Shown here: piece after piece, positions 18,499 through 28,436 of the stretch | How positions within the stretch are numbered: position 1 is the stretch's first letter | Layout: the number at the start of each line of letters is the position of its first letter | Source: an uncultured virus (IMG/VR IMGVR_UViG_3300042275_000805) | Lineage: Duplodnaviria > Heunggongvirae > Uroviricota > Caudoviricetes | DNA: 64,000 nt | Reading direction: 5' to 3' (one strand) | Virus record (IMG/VR): IMGVR_UViG_3300042275_000805 | The notes under the pieces: model-generated | Told to the model about the DNA's origin: nothing | The model's input: only the letters and a program-made list of their open reading frames with translations | Database searches by the model: none | Program-made: the position numbers and the translations under genes

Positions 18499-19881
18499 TC
18501 AACACTTCTCCTTGCCACCACCAACCCCGACCACATCTTGTTGGCTCGGGGTTTTCTTCGGTTGAGTCTTTTCAGCAGCAGGGATGCGTTCTGCCTTCTG
18601 CCCCGTGAATTTCTCCCATCGCTGCACGATCACATCTGCATACAGCGGATCAATCTCCATCAGGTACGCATGTCGCCCGGTTTGTTCAGCAGCCATCAAG
18701 GTCGAGCCGCTGCCACCGAACAAGTCGAGGACGTTTGCACCAGGTTTTGATGAGTATTGAATACAGCGGATGCCCAATTCGACAGGTTTTTCAGTCAGAT
18801 GCACCATGGCCTGTGGATTGACTTTTTTGACATGCCAGAGATCGGTTGCATTGTTGGGGCCATAGAAGTGATGGCCTGCACCTTCCTTCCAACCGTAAAA
18901 ACAAATCTCAAATGCCCCCATGAAATCCTTGCGAGTCAGAACGGGATGTTGCTTATCCCAGATAATTCCCTGAGAAAAGTACAGACCGGCAGCTTTGATC
19001 GGTGCAGGATAGTTACCGAGATTGGCATAGCCGCCCCAGATGTAGAATGACGCACCGGGTTTCATGACACGTGACGCATTGGCAAACCATGCCAACAGCA
19101 TCTTGTCGAAATCCTCAGCACTGACGAAATCGTTAGCAAGCGGTCGATCCTTTGCACGCATCTTCTTTTGGGCTTTTTTCTTGTCGGTAGTCCCTCGTGC
19201 CTTGTCGAATCCCTGATGATGAAGTTGTACTTTCTTATCTCCAAACGAGCTTAAACCCGCTGCAATAGCAGTGTTACTGCGAGGTTCAACTTTGACATTG
19301 TATGGAGGATCGCTGGCAAATAGATCAATGATTGCACCATCAAGCAGACGATCCAAATCATCTTTTAAGCTGCTGTCACCGCACATCAAACGGTGATTAC
19401 CTAGTATCCAAATGTCACCCGGTTTGGTGGTCGCTTCGTCAGGCGGCTGGGGCACATCATCTGGGTCTGTCAATCCCTGCTGGACTTCACCACTGACCAT
19501 GCTTGTTAATTCATCCTGGTTGAAACCCAGCAGCCCCATGTCAAAATCCATCTCCTGCAAGGCTGACAATTCGATGGGCAGGAGTTTGTAATCCCATTCG
19601 GCAAGGCTGGCGGTCTGGTTGTCAGCAAGGCGGTAGGCTTTGACCTGCGCGTCGGACAGGTCGGTGGCCACATGCACCGGCACCTTGGCAAGCCCCAGCT
19701 TCTTGGCAGCTTTCCAGCGGGTATGCCCGACGATGATCACATTCTCGCTGTCGACGACAATGGGTTGACGGAAGCCAAATTCCCGCAGCGAAGCAGCCAC
19801 CGCGTCGATGGCATCGTCGTTGATGCGGGGGTTACCGGGATAGGGTTGAACCTGGTCAATGTCACGTAATTCGATCTTCAT
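18499..19881 (-). CDS. ParB-like N-terminal domain + DNA N6/N4 methyltransferase
   Basis: YPGNPR...FGFRQPIVVD...GHTR ParB domain; DPPY and LDLFGGSGST MTase motifs; HLTEKP. Confidence 0.92.
   Translation of the reverse strand: MKIELRDIDQVQPYPGNPRINDDAIDAVAASLREFGFRQPIVVDSENVIIVGHTRWKAAKKLGLAKVPVHVATDLSDAQVKAYRLADNQTASLAEWDYKLLPIELSALQEMDFDMGLLGFNQDELTSMVSGEVQQGLTDPDDVPQPPDEATTKPGDIWILGNHRLMCGDSSLKDDLDRLLDGAIIDLFASDPPYNVKVEPRSNTAIAAGLSSFGDKKVQLHHQGFDKARGTTDKKKAQKKMRAKDRPLANDFVSAEDFDKMLLAWFANASRVMKPGASFYIWGGYANLGNYPAPIKAAGLYFSQGIIWDKQHPVLTRKDFMGAFEICFYGWKEGAGHHFYGPNNATDLWHVKKVNPQAMVHLTEKPVELGIRCIQYSSKPGANVLDLFGGSGSTLMAAEQTGRHAYLMEIDPLYADVIVQRWEKFTGQKAERIPAAEKTQPKKTPSQQDVVGVGGGKEKC
18523..18556 (+). 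terminator. Probable intrinsic terminator of the + cassette
   Basis: AACCCCGA...TCGGGGTT stem followed by T-rich tract. Confidence 0.55.
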
Positions 19882-20145
19882 GAAATTTTTCCTTTGAGAA
19901 AGAAAGTCTGTCTATAAGCGTTGCCGTTCCCGCGGCCATTTCTTTTGGTTTGGGCCAGGGAGGAACCATCGAGTGCTCAGCCCCATGCCCAGGCTCCGGC
20001 CTGCCGCCTGCCAGTCTGGCACCCAGTGCCCGGCCTCGGCCCAGTCGCGCCACGTTGGCGTCTGTGGCCCACGGTGGCTTGGTGGTCTATTCGTTCGCCT
20101 TGCCCGTACCAACGCGACGTGGGCCAACGTGGGCGGGGGCACGGC

Positions 20146-20303
20146 GATTCGTTTTGTGTGCCGAGATTCGTCCTCTGAAATCGGGGCACGCCGGTCTTGG
20201 TCTGATTCATTTTGTGTGCGCCCCTTTAGGGGGCGCACAAAATGAATCCAGACCCGGCGTGCAGCTTTCATTTTGTGGGTTTGTTTTGCGCACAAAATGA
20301 ATC
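20146..20303. repeat. Iteron-like repeats plus cruciform (candidate phage replication origin)
   Basis: Five GATTCATTTTGTG-like copies in both orientations; long hairpin 20186-20262; directly downstream of the primase-helicase gene. Confidence 0.65.
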
Positions 20304-20343
20304 ACCAAACCAATCAAAATCCATTGCCCAAAGCACGTGTTCA

Positions 20344-22356
20344 TCACTTGGAACTCCCTCTATTGGTATGTGTCACAGCACGCTGATATGTGTAGGGTTC
20401 GTTGCGTTGACCGCTGCCATGACGCAGGAGAAGCCCGTCGTTGTCAGCTGCCCGGAGCAGGTTGTCAGCCGCCCAACGCGACATCCCGGCATCGACCGCC
20501 TTGGCGATGATGCTGGTTCTCACAGCCGGTGTGTCATCCACAAACGCATCGATAAACGACTGAGCGGTCCACTCGTCCTTTTTCTGCCCGCGCTTTTTAG
20601 TCTTGTCAGATCGCAGTTGGGCAGGGTCCAGATCGTTGGCTGAATACCAAACCGGGTACGACCAACGCAGACAGCATGGCGACACCGGTGGCCAGGACCG
20701 TACCGCAGCATCCAGCACGACGGCATCTTCCTCCTCGTGGCTGCGCAGAATCATGTGTGTGTCCGTCGCACGACTCTGACTGCCTGCACCTGCACCGACA
20801 TCTGTGACGCTCTTGCCCGACTGGTTGCCTTTGGAACTGTGATGGATCAGCACGAACGAACAGGCCAACTGGTCGGCATATCGGTCGATGTGGTTGTAGA
20901 GCGATGCCATCGTCCCGTTGTCGTTCTCGTCCATATCCCGAGGCATGAACCGATAGAACGCATCGAGAATGATCACCTTGTACCGGCCTGGCTCAATTGA
21001 CTGGAAAAACGAACCCAAGGTGAACACATCCTGCAAAGCACCACGCAGGTTCAGCACCGAAACCCGGTCGGCATACGCGTCTGCAGGGATGCCACGAGCA
21101 TTACCCACCTTGGGGATGCGATCAGAGCTTGTTTCACAATGCAATTCGTTATCAAGGATCAACACGTTGCCACGTTCACACGGGAACGTATCCAACCAGT
21201 CACGTCCAGTTGACACTGCCAGGGCAAGGTCGGTCGCCAACCAGCTCTTACCCATCTTGGGGGCAGAGATCAGGTTCATGGTCTCACCTTCACGAAGCAG
21301 GCCATGAATGATCGGTTTGCGGAGTTTGGGGTGCTTGGCCATCAGTTCTCGCACAGTCAGCGGCACGAGTGTCAATGGCGGTGTCGCAGGCATGACTGGA
21401 GTCGGCATCGTGCTGGGAGCAGGTGAACCATAGCCCTGGGCACGCAATGCCGATGCAGCCCGAGCGAAATCGCCACCATGCTCCAACAAGGTGTACACCG
21501 AGAATGGCGAATAAGCTTTGCGTGATTCAAAGGGATGGGCATTGACGGTGAACACATAGAATGCACCGTCCTTGAGCGTGGCTGACCAGCCGGAGTTTTT
21601 GTCTGGACGTCGCCAGTATTCATTGCCATCGTTGCCATTGCGGACGTGTGCCCAACCGTGCTGCTTGAGGATATCTCTGGGATCAGCTTCGTTATTGAAT
21701 GCATCCCCAGGTCGGATTGATCCATCATAGGCTGCCCGTGAATTGGGTGGCGGACCATTGATGACCGGCGGGATGTACTCGTTGAGTTCCCATGCAGCTT
21801 GCAGCAGGATTTCACGTTGGGCTTCGGAGAGTACAGGCAGATCGCGGAGATCGCCTTGAATCAATTCGTAGCCCGGGGTCGGATCGCACAGGAATAGGCC
21901 ACCTTCGCCACGGGTCTCAATGAGTGTGGTGATTTTCTGAGTCTGACTGTCCTGACGCTGAGCGAGTTTGAGATTGCCACTGACGGGTGACTGGCAACGG
22001 TAGATGACGTGTTCGCCATTGGAAGGAGTCGATTCGACAACCAGGTGATCACGCAGATCGGGCGGGATGCGTTCAAACCATGCAGAGAACAACTCACCGT
22101 TGGCATCAAAGTCGATGACTTCCAGATTGCCTGACGTTTTGCCACAGACAATGCAAAGTCCATCATGTTTGCTTGAGGGATTGCCGAACCAAGTCTCAAC
22201 CTGCTCAAGCGTGGGAGATTGATCCTGGTAGGCTTTCCACGATGGGATCGCAGGCCGCTTCTGGGCCTTGATCGCGGGTAGCACGGTCAGGCCAGCGTGT
22301 TGATATGCAATGGCTCGTTCACGAATCGTCATAGTTCTGGCTGCCTGCTTCATCAA
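20344..22356 (-). CDS. Bifunctional primase/polymerase fused to RepA/AAA_25 helicase
   Basis: LEVIDFD, TPSNGEHV and IETRGEGG Prim-Pol motifs; SAPKMGKS Walker A, IILDAF, LIHHSSK; start may be 22332. Confidence 0.88.
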   Translation of the reverse strand: MMKQAARTMTIRERAIAYQHAGLTVLPAIKAQKRPAIPSWKAYQDQSPTLEQVETWFGNPSSKHDGLCIVCGKTSGNLEVIDFDANGELFSAWFERIPPDLRDHLVVESTPSNGEHVIYRCQSPVSGNLKLAQRQDSQTQKITTLIETRGEGGLFLCDPTPGYELIQGDLRDLPVLSEAQREILLQAAWELNEYIPPVINGPPPNSRAAYDGSIRPGDAFNNEADPRDILKQHGWAHVRNGNDGNEYWRRPDKNSGWSATLKDGAFYVFTVNAHPFESRKAYSPFSVYTLLEHGGDFARAASALRAQGYGSPAPSTMPTPVMPATPPLTLVPLTVRELMAKHPKLRKPIIHGLLREGETMNLISAPKMGKSWLATDLALAVSTGRDWLDTFPCERGNVLILDNELHCETSSDRIPKVGNARGIPADAYADRVSVLNLRGALQDVFTLGSFFQSIEPGRYKVIILDAFYRFMPRDMDENDNGTMASLYNHIDRYADQLACSFVLIHHSSKGNQSGKSVTDVGAGAGSQSRATDTHMILRSHEEEDAVVLDAAVRSWPPVSPCCLRWSYPVWYSANDLDPAQLRSDKTKKRGQKKDEWTAQSFIDAFVDDTPAVRTSIIAKAVDAGMSRWAADNLLRAADNDGLLLRHGSGQRNEPYTYQRAVTHTNRGSSK

Positions 22357-24104
22357 AATGGGATGTCATCGTCTGCCGGGACATACGCGGGGAAGTTGTC
22401 ATCCTCGTCACCAATGAATCCCCAGTCGTCGTCGGCATCCGGCTTGGGGCCCAAGTCGTAATGCACGATCCGATCAAACTTCTCACCGGCAACGGATCGC
22501 ACCTTGATGGATCGGGGCATGGCCAGTTGATCACGCTCTGCCAACTCCACAGCCTCTTCGACATTGCTTGGACATGGCAGCTTGCTGCGAGATGCCCACC
22601 ATTGCTCGGCTTTGCGTCGGGCAAAACTGTCCTGCGGATGTTCCAGACAAATCCATTCAGACTTCTGCTGATGGAAACCGACTTCGTAATCCACACGCAT
22701 GGATCGCGGTGCGTCGGCGGGTGCATTGCGTTTGACGTGAATGCTGTAATAGACTCGGCGGACTTCGTATTCGTCGATACTGACCTGACCCGTGAGTATG
22801 CCGGTGGAGTCGGATTCTGCTTCATGCTTGCGACGTTGCGGTGGTGGGAATACGTGACCGCAATCCGGGCAGGTGGCGTAGCCGGTCGCAATCAATGCCA
22901 AGCAGGATGGGCATTCCTTGGCCGGTGCTTCGCCGGTGCCTTTACTGGCCGGAGCATTAACACGAATCGCATCGACTGGGCCATGGCGCAGCACATTGCC
23001 ACCAAAGTCCAGCACCAAACAGTCGGTCTTGCCTTCACAGATGCGAAAGCCTCGCCCCACCATCTGGTAGTACAACCCCGGCGACATCGTCGGGCGCAGC
23101 AAGGCCACGCAATCGACATTGGGCGCATCAAAGCCTGTGGTCAGCACATTGACATTGACCAGGTATGCCAAGTCGCCATCGCGGAACCGTTGGATCAACA
23201 TGTCGCGGTACAGGGTGGGCGTCTGTCCATCGATAAATCCACATTCCTTGCCGGAGACCTGCTCGAGCAGTTTGGTTACGTGCATGCCATGATCCACGCC
23301 TGATGCAAACACCAGACAGGACTTTCGTTCGGTGGTTTTCATTGCCTCGACGATTTCCCGACAGGCTGCATGCACCAGTGAGTCCTGGTCCATGAGTGTT
23401 TCCACCTCATCAGCCACAAACTCACCTGCACGAACATGTAACTGCTGGAAATCAGGCTTGAATCGACCAGCTTTGGATTTGAGTGGCGAGAGAAAACCAT
23501 CGCGGATCAGCTCGCGCACACCAATCTCAAAACAGATGCTGTTGAGAATCCCATCGGGCGGTGGCACGCAGATCGGGCCAGACGACATCCGAAATGGCGT
23601 GGCAGTCAAACCGATCACACGTAACGCAGGATTGATCTGCCGCATGTCGGTGAGCAATCGCCGATACATCCCATCGCCATCGACGATGGGGATCATGTGA
23701 GCTTCATCCACGATCACCAGATCGAAATGCCCCAGTTGATCTGCCTTCTGGTAGACCGACTGAATCCCGGCAATGATCACCGGGTGCGACGTGTCACGGC
23801 GTTTGAGTCCCGCAGAATAAATGCCCACGTGAATGTCCGGGCAGACCTGGTCGAGTTTGTCTTTGGCCTGTTCAAGCAGTTCTTTGACATGGGCAAGAAT
23901 CAGGACGCGACCATTCCAACGTGTGACCGCATCCGAGCAGATACGAGCGATGACGGGCGTTTTACCACCACCGGTGGGGATCACCACGCAGGGATTGTCA
24001 TCCCGCATGCGGAGATGTTCATAGACCGCATCGACTGCCTGCGTCTGGTATGGTCGCAGTGTCATGGGCAGGCGTTGGGATTGTGCCTGGGTGAACAGGG
24101 TCAC
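22353..24104 (-). CDS. SF2 DEAH helicase (RadD-like) with zinc ribbon
   Basis: PTGGGKT, DEAH, GLTATP, LTTGFDAP, QMVGRG; CPSC...CPDC; acidic DDDIPF tail. Confidence 0.92.
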   Translation of the reverse strand: MTLFTQAQSQRLPMTLRPYQTQAVDAVYEHLRMRDDNPCVVIPTGGGKTPVIARICSDAVTRWNGRVLILAHVKELLEQAKDKLDQVCPDIHVGIYSAGLKRRDTSHPVIIAGIQSVYQKADQLGHFDLVIVDEAHMIPIVDGDGMYRRLLTDMRQINPALRVIGLTATPFRMSSGPICVPPPDGILNSICFEIGVRELIRDGFLSPLKSKAGRFKPDFQQLHVRAGEFVADEVETLMDQDSLVHAACREIVEAMKTTERKSCLVFASGVDHGMHVTKLLEQVSGKECGFIDGQTPTLYRDMLIQRFRDGDLAYLVNVNVLTTGFDAPNVDCVALLRPTMSPGLYYQMVGRGFRICEGKTDCLVLDFGGNVLRHGPVDAIRVNAPASKGTGEAPAKECPSCLALIATGYATCPDCGHVFPPPQRRKHEAESDSTGILTGQVSIDEYEVRRVYYSIHVKRNAPADAPRSMRVDYEVGFHQQKSEWICLEHPQDSFARRKAEQWWASRSKLPCPSNVEEAVELAERDQLAMPRSIKVRSVAGEKFDRIVHYDLGPKPDADDDWGFIGDEDDNFPAYVPADDDIPF

Positions 24105-24355
24105 AGAACCTCCTCGGGAAGTCCCATGCCTTGGAGCACCATTTTGCGATGCCCGTGTTGGCGCAGTGCCTGAGCACCAGCCTGACGCAGTTCTTTTTCT
24201 GCCTGGTTAAACACGGCCATCGCCTGTTCATCGTTCATGTTTTTCTGCCAGGTGCAGGGATGACCTTCAAACCAATCCGCGACTGCACAATAGCGCAAGG
24301 CAGCACAGATCAGTTCATTCTGAATGGCAGTTTGTTTTTTTAGAGAACGAGTCAT
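24101..24355 (-). CDS. Hypothetical protein
   Basis: MTRSLKK start, ATGA-coupled on both sides. Confidence 0.55.
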   Translation of the reverse strand: MTRSLKKQTAIQNELICAALRYCAVADWFEGHPCTWQKNMNDEQAMAVFNQAEKELRQAGAQALRQHGHRKMVLQGMGLPEEVL

Positions 24356-24702
24356 TGTTTCTCCGTAATCCGCACGTGAACTTTGCCTGTCTTGGGCATG
24401 ACCTGAGCCTTTTCGACAAGCAGCCAAACGATCTGGCTGTCGTCATGGAATGCACCGCCATGCTCCAACGCATCGCCGATGGCCTTGAGCAGGTTGTCCA
24501 GATCACGCCGACGGCGATCCGGCGGGAAAACCTCAATATGCACAGCCAACGGCCCGGACATGGGCTGAACCTGCATGGCATGGAGAATGCCCCGAACCGC
24601 GTCGCGGAAACGCAGACCATTGCGGCTGATCACCGTGCGGCCACGAAAGTGACGCCAGTAGTGATTAACCGAAGGCGGGTATGGCAAATCCAGTTCAAGC
24701 AT
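24352..24702 (-). CDS. rusA: RusA-family Holliday junction resolvase
   Basis: LPYPPSVNHYW, PPDRRRRDLDNLLKA..DAL, DDSQI. Confidence 0.9.
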   Translation of the reverse strand: MLELDLPYPPSVNHYWRHFRGRTVISRNGLRFRDAVRGILHAMQVQPMSGPLAVHIEVFPPDRRRRDLDNLLKAIGDALEHGGAFHDDSQIVWLLVEKAQVMPKTGKVHVRITEKQ

Positions 24703-24725
24703 GATTGCCCTGTAAATGCAGGTTC

Positions 24726-24765
24726 AAAACAAACCTCCCGACAGTCAGAACAACTGCCGGGAGGT
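24726..24765 (-). terminator. Intrinsic terminator after the DUF669 gene
   Basis: ACCTCCCGGCAGT/ACTGTCGGGAGGT stem followed by TTGTTTT on the minus strand. Confidence 0.6.
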
Positions 24766-24786
24766 CAGGAGATGGGAATGGAGCGA

Positions 24787-25257
24787 TCAACGTTTCCAGG
24801 GAGGCGTGGTCGGTGCGGTCTGCGTGGATGCGGTGCCATCGGGTGCATTACCGGTAGACGCATCACGTTTGGCATAGCCACGGACTTCGTTGGACATGTC
24901 GCCGTTGTCATCACGTTTTTTGAGCTTGACGGTGATGACCAGCGGGATGTTGTGCAGTTCGACACTGTCGTTGGGCTGCATCACACCCACTGCGCGGCAG
25001 ATGGATGAGAGTTCCTGCCGGGCGATATGCACTGCGGTGGGATTGGGATTCTTGAGATTCAGACGTGCCCAGACACAGCGGCCTTTGTACGGGCCATCGA
25101 GAATCTGAAAGGTCAGCTGCAGGTATTCGCCGCTGCCATTCTTGGTGGGCTTGGATTCGGACTCGGTGATCACCGCCAGGTACTTGCCTGCGGGGATCGG
25201 CTCAAAATCCTGGGACGGTTCGACCTGAGATGCGTTAAAACCATTGAGGTTGGCCAT
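24787..25257 (-). CDS. DUF669-family ssDNA-binding-like protein
   Basis: FEPIPAGKY...YLQLTFQILDGPYKGR...PPWKR. Confidence 0.85.
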   Translation of the reverse strand: MANLNGFNASQVEPSQDFEPIPAGKYLAVITESESKPTKNGSGEYLQLTFQILDGPYKGRCVWARLNLKNPNPTAVHIARQELSSICRAVGVMQPNDSVELHNIPLVITVKLKKRDDNGDMSNEVRGYAKRDASTGNAPDGTASTQTAPTTPPWKR

Positions 25258-25287
25258 GGATCAATCTCCTTGTTCAATAGGTAAGTG

Positions 25288-26070
25288 TCAGTTGGAAGCA
25301 GAAATGTTGGATTCGGTGGTTGACGTGTCGGTTGAAGAGTCGTTTTGCGGGTGGGCCTGCTGGGCGTAATAGGCGTAGGCATCCCATTCCAAAGGCAGTT
25401 CGTAAGGCATGTTCAGCCGGTTCTTGGCCACGTGGGTCGGACCTTCACAGGTACGCATCACACGCTGAGGCGCGGTCATGCTCTTGATCTTCTTGGGATC
25501 GGTGGTGACGGTGTACGTTGCGAAAAACACTTCGTCACACCATTCCATGACGACCGATGCAGCCAGCTTGTGCAGGCGCGGCGAGAAACGGTCGAAGGCT
25601 GAATCCTCCGGCGTCTGGAACTTTTCGATACGGGTGTGAGCGATCAGGACCACTGTCATCCCACGCAGACGACGCAGTTCATCCAAGGCATCAAGGAACT
25701 TTCTCCAGAAGTTCAGGGCATAGGTGTATCCCTTCTGGAAGCCGATTTTTTCGATATTCGAGACGTTTTCGCTGGTGCAGACTTCCTGCCAGATCAGACG
25801 TTCGAGCCAGTCCAGTGAGTCGATGACGACGGTTTGAAAGTCGTGCGCATCGTTACGCAGGTCGGTTAATGCCTCCATGACCTGGCCGAACGAACGGGCT
25901 AGCGGGAACTTGGCACAATCGATTTCACCCAGGCCATCTTCGGTCTGGATGAAGATCGGATTGCGTGCGGTGGCACCGAACGTGCTCTTGCCGACACCTT
26001 GTACGCCGTGGATCATGCAGCGACGCGGGGAGGCTTGTTTGCCAATGTGAATTTGTGATAGAAGGCTCAT
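25288..26070 (-). CDS. AAA_24 / Sak4-like ATPase
   Basis: HGVQGVGKST, QTEDG, VVIDSLDWLE, AKNR; start MSLL at 26070. Confidence 0.85.
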   Translation of the reverse strand: MSLLSQIHIGKQASPRRCMIHGVQGVGKSTFGATARNPIFIQTEDGLGEIDCAKFPLARSFGQVMEALTDLRNDAHDFQTVVIDSLDWLERLIWQEVCTSENVSNIEKIGFQKGYTYALNFWRKFLDALDELRRLRGMTVVLIAHTRIEKFQTPEDSAFDRFSPRLHKLAASVVMEWCDEVFFATYTVTTDPKKIKSMTAPQRVMRTCEGPTHVAKNRLNMPYELPLEWDAYAYYAQQAHPQNDSSTDTSTTESNISASN

Positions 26071-26150
26071 GTCAGAGATTCCTTTCGGGATTGAATTGCA
26101 GAATGGTTTGTCGTGTTGTCGGATTGACTTCCGGTGAAAACCTCCGGGGG

Positions 26151-26975
26151 TTACATCCAGTCGAAGGTGCGGAGTTCTTCGAAGCCTGTGGGCCAGACAT
26201 TGGATTGGCGGCATTGACGCAGACGTTTGACCGCGTCTTCGTTTTCACGTTGGGCGATGGCAAGTACGTCTTCACCCATCCGCCACACGCCGCAGCGATA
26301 CGGCTCGGACTTCTCGATGGCAATCAGATGCACCGGCAGATCGCGGGGATCGATCATGGCTGCGGCAGCAGCGACACTGCGATAGAACGCCAGTTGATGG
26401 ACATAGCCAAACCGACGGGCGTCTGCTTCGAAATAGTTCAGGTCGCCAGTCGTTTTCAGATCAACAATGCCAGCACCGAGCATGTGCGAAAGCCAGTCAA
26501 TGCGGATCTGGCAATCGACATTCTGCCAACGCGTGCGAACCACAGATTCGGCGGTCCCCAACACGAGCAGCTGCTTGGCAAGCGGATGAGCCATCACACC
26601 TTCAGCCATCATCTCGATCTCGTGTGCCTGTTTGGCTGTGAGAATCGCTTTGCTCTGTTCATCCAACCACTGGGCGTATGCCTTGGTGTTGCTTCCAAAT
26701 GGCTTGCCGGTCTGCGGATTGATGGGGCCATCGCTGACGATGTACTCCGCATCAAACTTCTGACGGCCTTCAAGGATCATCGTGTGCGTGGCACGCCCGA
26801 TGAGATAGGCACTGCTGTCTTCGTCCTTAGCCAGGCCGGTCAGTTTCCAGTGATACAGCAAGGGACACTTGCGGAAGTCCGCCAGTCGGTGACTACTGAG
26901 ATTTTCCTTGGATTGTGCGTGGTACGTGTCAGCAGGTTCAAAGATCAGTTGTGAAACCAGACTCTTGGGAATCAT
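26151..26975 (-). CDS. PD-(D/E)xK exonuclease VIII (RecE/DUF3799-like)
   Basis: YHA...LSS, GRATHTMILE, RIDW...IVDLKT, YVHQLAFY; TAATG coupling. Confidence 0.85.
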   Translation of the reverse strand: MIPKSLVSQLIFEPADTYHAQSKENLSSHRLADFRKCPLLYHWKLTGLAKDEDSSAYLIGRATHTMILEGRQKFDAEYIVSDGPINPQTGKPFGSNTKAYAQWLDEQSKAILTAKQAHEIEMMAEGVMAHPLAKQLLVLGTAESVVRTRWQNVDCQIRIDWLSHMLGAGIVDLKTTGDLNYFEADARRFGYVHQLAFYRSVAAAAAMIDPRDLPVHLIAIEKSEPYRCGVWRMGEDVLAIAQRENEDAVKRLRQCRQSNVWPTGFEELRTFDWM

Positions 26976-27268
26976 TATTTGTCCTCCTGCAATGGATACC
27001 AGGTCATGCTCAGATGGCCGGTGACGCTGCATTCACGTTCCGGACCGTTGGTGACCTGACCGGATTCACGCAGTTCGGGCAAACGACGGGATGGGACATG
27101 ACGTTGCATGCCTGCGGTGACTGCGATTTCCGCAGCGGTTCGCCCAGGTTGCTTCCAGACTTCAATCAGGCAGATTTGTCGCTGCGATGTGGCACGGCCT
27201 GAGGATTCAGCTTCTTGTGCAGCAATGTGGGATGTGATCGGGTCACGTGATCGGGCTCTTGCGGTCAT
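26975..27268 (-). CDS. Winged-helix DNA-binding protein
   Basis: ARSRDPITSH...PGRTAAEIA...SRRLPEL; GGAG SD. Confidence 0.7.
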   Translation of the reverse strand: MTARARSRDPITSHIAAQEAESSGRATSQRQICLIEVWKQPGRTAAEIAVTAGMQRHVPSRRLPELRESGQVTNGPERECSVTGHLSMTWYPLQEDK

Positions 27269-27586
27269 GGTTTACTCCAGCGTGTTTGATGTTGCATGCC
27301 ACAGGCTCACGACGCGATGTGGCACAGACACCTGTTATTTGCCGCTGGGGCGAAAATTTGCTGGATCAAAATGACGGAGATGAACAACACATACGTGGCA
27401 CATATGTCTCACGCATGAGCCAGTAACTGTGCATGGTGATCCGACAACAGGTCACGCACGCTGGACATAAGAGATGGGCAGCACGTCCCACGAACCACAG
27501 ACTTGAACCAACACCGCGCAGAGCATGGGAGTAACGACACCGAGGTTGTCTCGGCGTCAATCAAACCAACCAGTGAAAGGTCAACC

Positions 27587-28162
27587 ATGCACTGCAATGC
27601 TTATGTCGGAAATCAAAATCAAACCGTCGCCAATCTCGTGATTCATCGTGCCAGACGTTTTGGCATCAAGCCTGATGAGTTTGATGATCTACAACAGAAG
27701 ATCGTCCCCAAGCTCGCACGTTTGCTCTACAAACCCGAACGATCCAACGGGGCCAATCTCAATACGGTTCTCATCAGTGCCATTGATAAGCAGTTGCTGT
27801 GTTATCTGCGGGCCTGCAAGCGATATCAGCAACGCATCGAACACATGCGAAACATCCACTACATCAAGATGACGCAGCCGGATTCTGTTCCGCAGACCCA
27901 GATGGCAGATATGCGGATGGACATTGAATCGGTCCTTTCCCAACTCAGTGAACGCGACCGCAACATCTGCATCGGCTTAAGCCACGGGCACACCATCAAG
28001 GACATTGCCAAGCAGGTGGGTTGTGGCCGGGACACCGTATCGCGTGCCATCCAGCGGATGCGCAAGACATTCACCGATGCTGGCCTGAAGGTGTGGGTCG
28101 ATCCGGACTTTGATGCAGAACATGCAAAAAGCCCTGAAAATCAGGAGGAATCTTATGTCTGA
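27587..28162 (+). CDS. Sigma-70/ECF-like regulator (region 2-like + region 4 HTH)
   Basis: EFDDLQQ region-2-like segment; LSQLSERDRNIC...TIKDIAKQVGCGRDTVSRAIQRMR. Confidence 0.7.
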   Translation: MHCNAYVGNQNQTVANLVIHRARRFGIKPDEFDDLQQKIVPKLARLLYKPERSNGANLNTVLISAIDKQLLCYLRACKRYQQRIEHMRNIHYIKMTQPDSVPQTQMADMRMDIESVLSQLSERDRNICIGLSHGHTIKDIAKQVGCGRDTVSRAIQRMRKTFTDAGLKVWVDPDFDAEHAKSPENQEESYV

Positions 28163-28436
28163 GCATTTAAATCGGACTGGACAGGTGACTGGATTTGAGC
28201 GACTGTGTCCGTCGCAAGGTAGCGGTTCTGAGAATGTGTACAGGACCGCCCACGCCGCCCGCATCGTGCCAGGGGCATCGTGGATTACCCAGGGCTTGTT
28301 CGACGCCACACGGCGGCTATGGTCGCCACGATACGGCTACGAGCTACCTGACAAGGAGGTCATTGAGATTCTGATGAATGTCAAGAATCTGGCACGGGTG
28401 CTCAGAGAGATCGGAGGTCAAAACGATGAGCAATAA
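28155..28436 (+). CDS. Hypothetical protein coupled to the recombinase
   Basis: GGAGGA SD before ATG 28155; overlaps both neighbours. Confidence 0.6.
   Translation: MSEHLNRTGQVTGFERLCPSQGSGSENVYRTAHAARIVPGASWITQGLFDATRRLWSPRYGYELPDKEVIEILMNVKNLARVLREIGGQNDEQ

Noticed and set aside
25965..26954. 329-aa + strand ORF
   Set aside because: Antisense to the exonuclease gene
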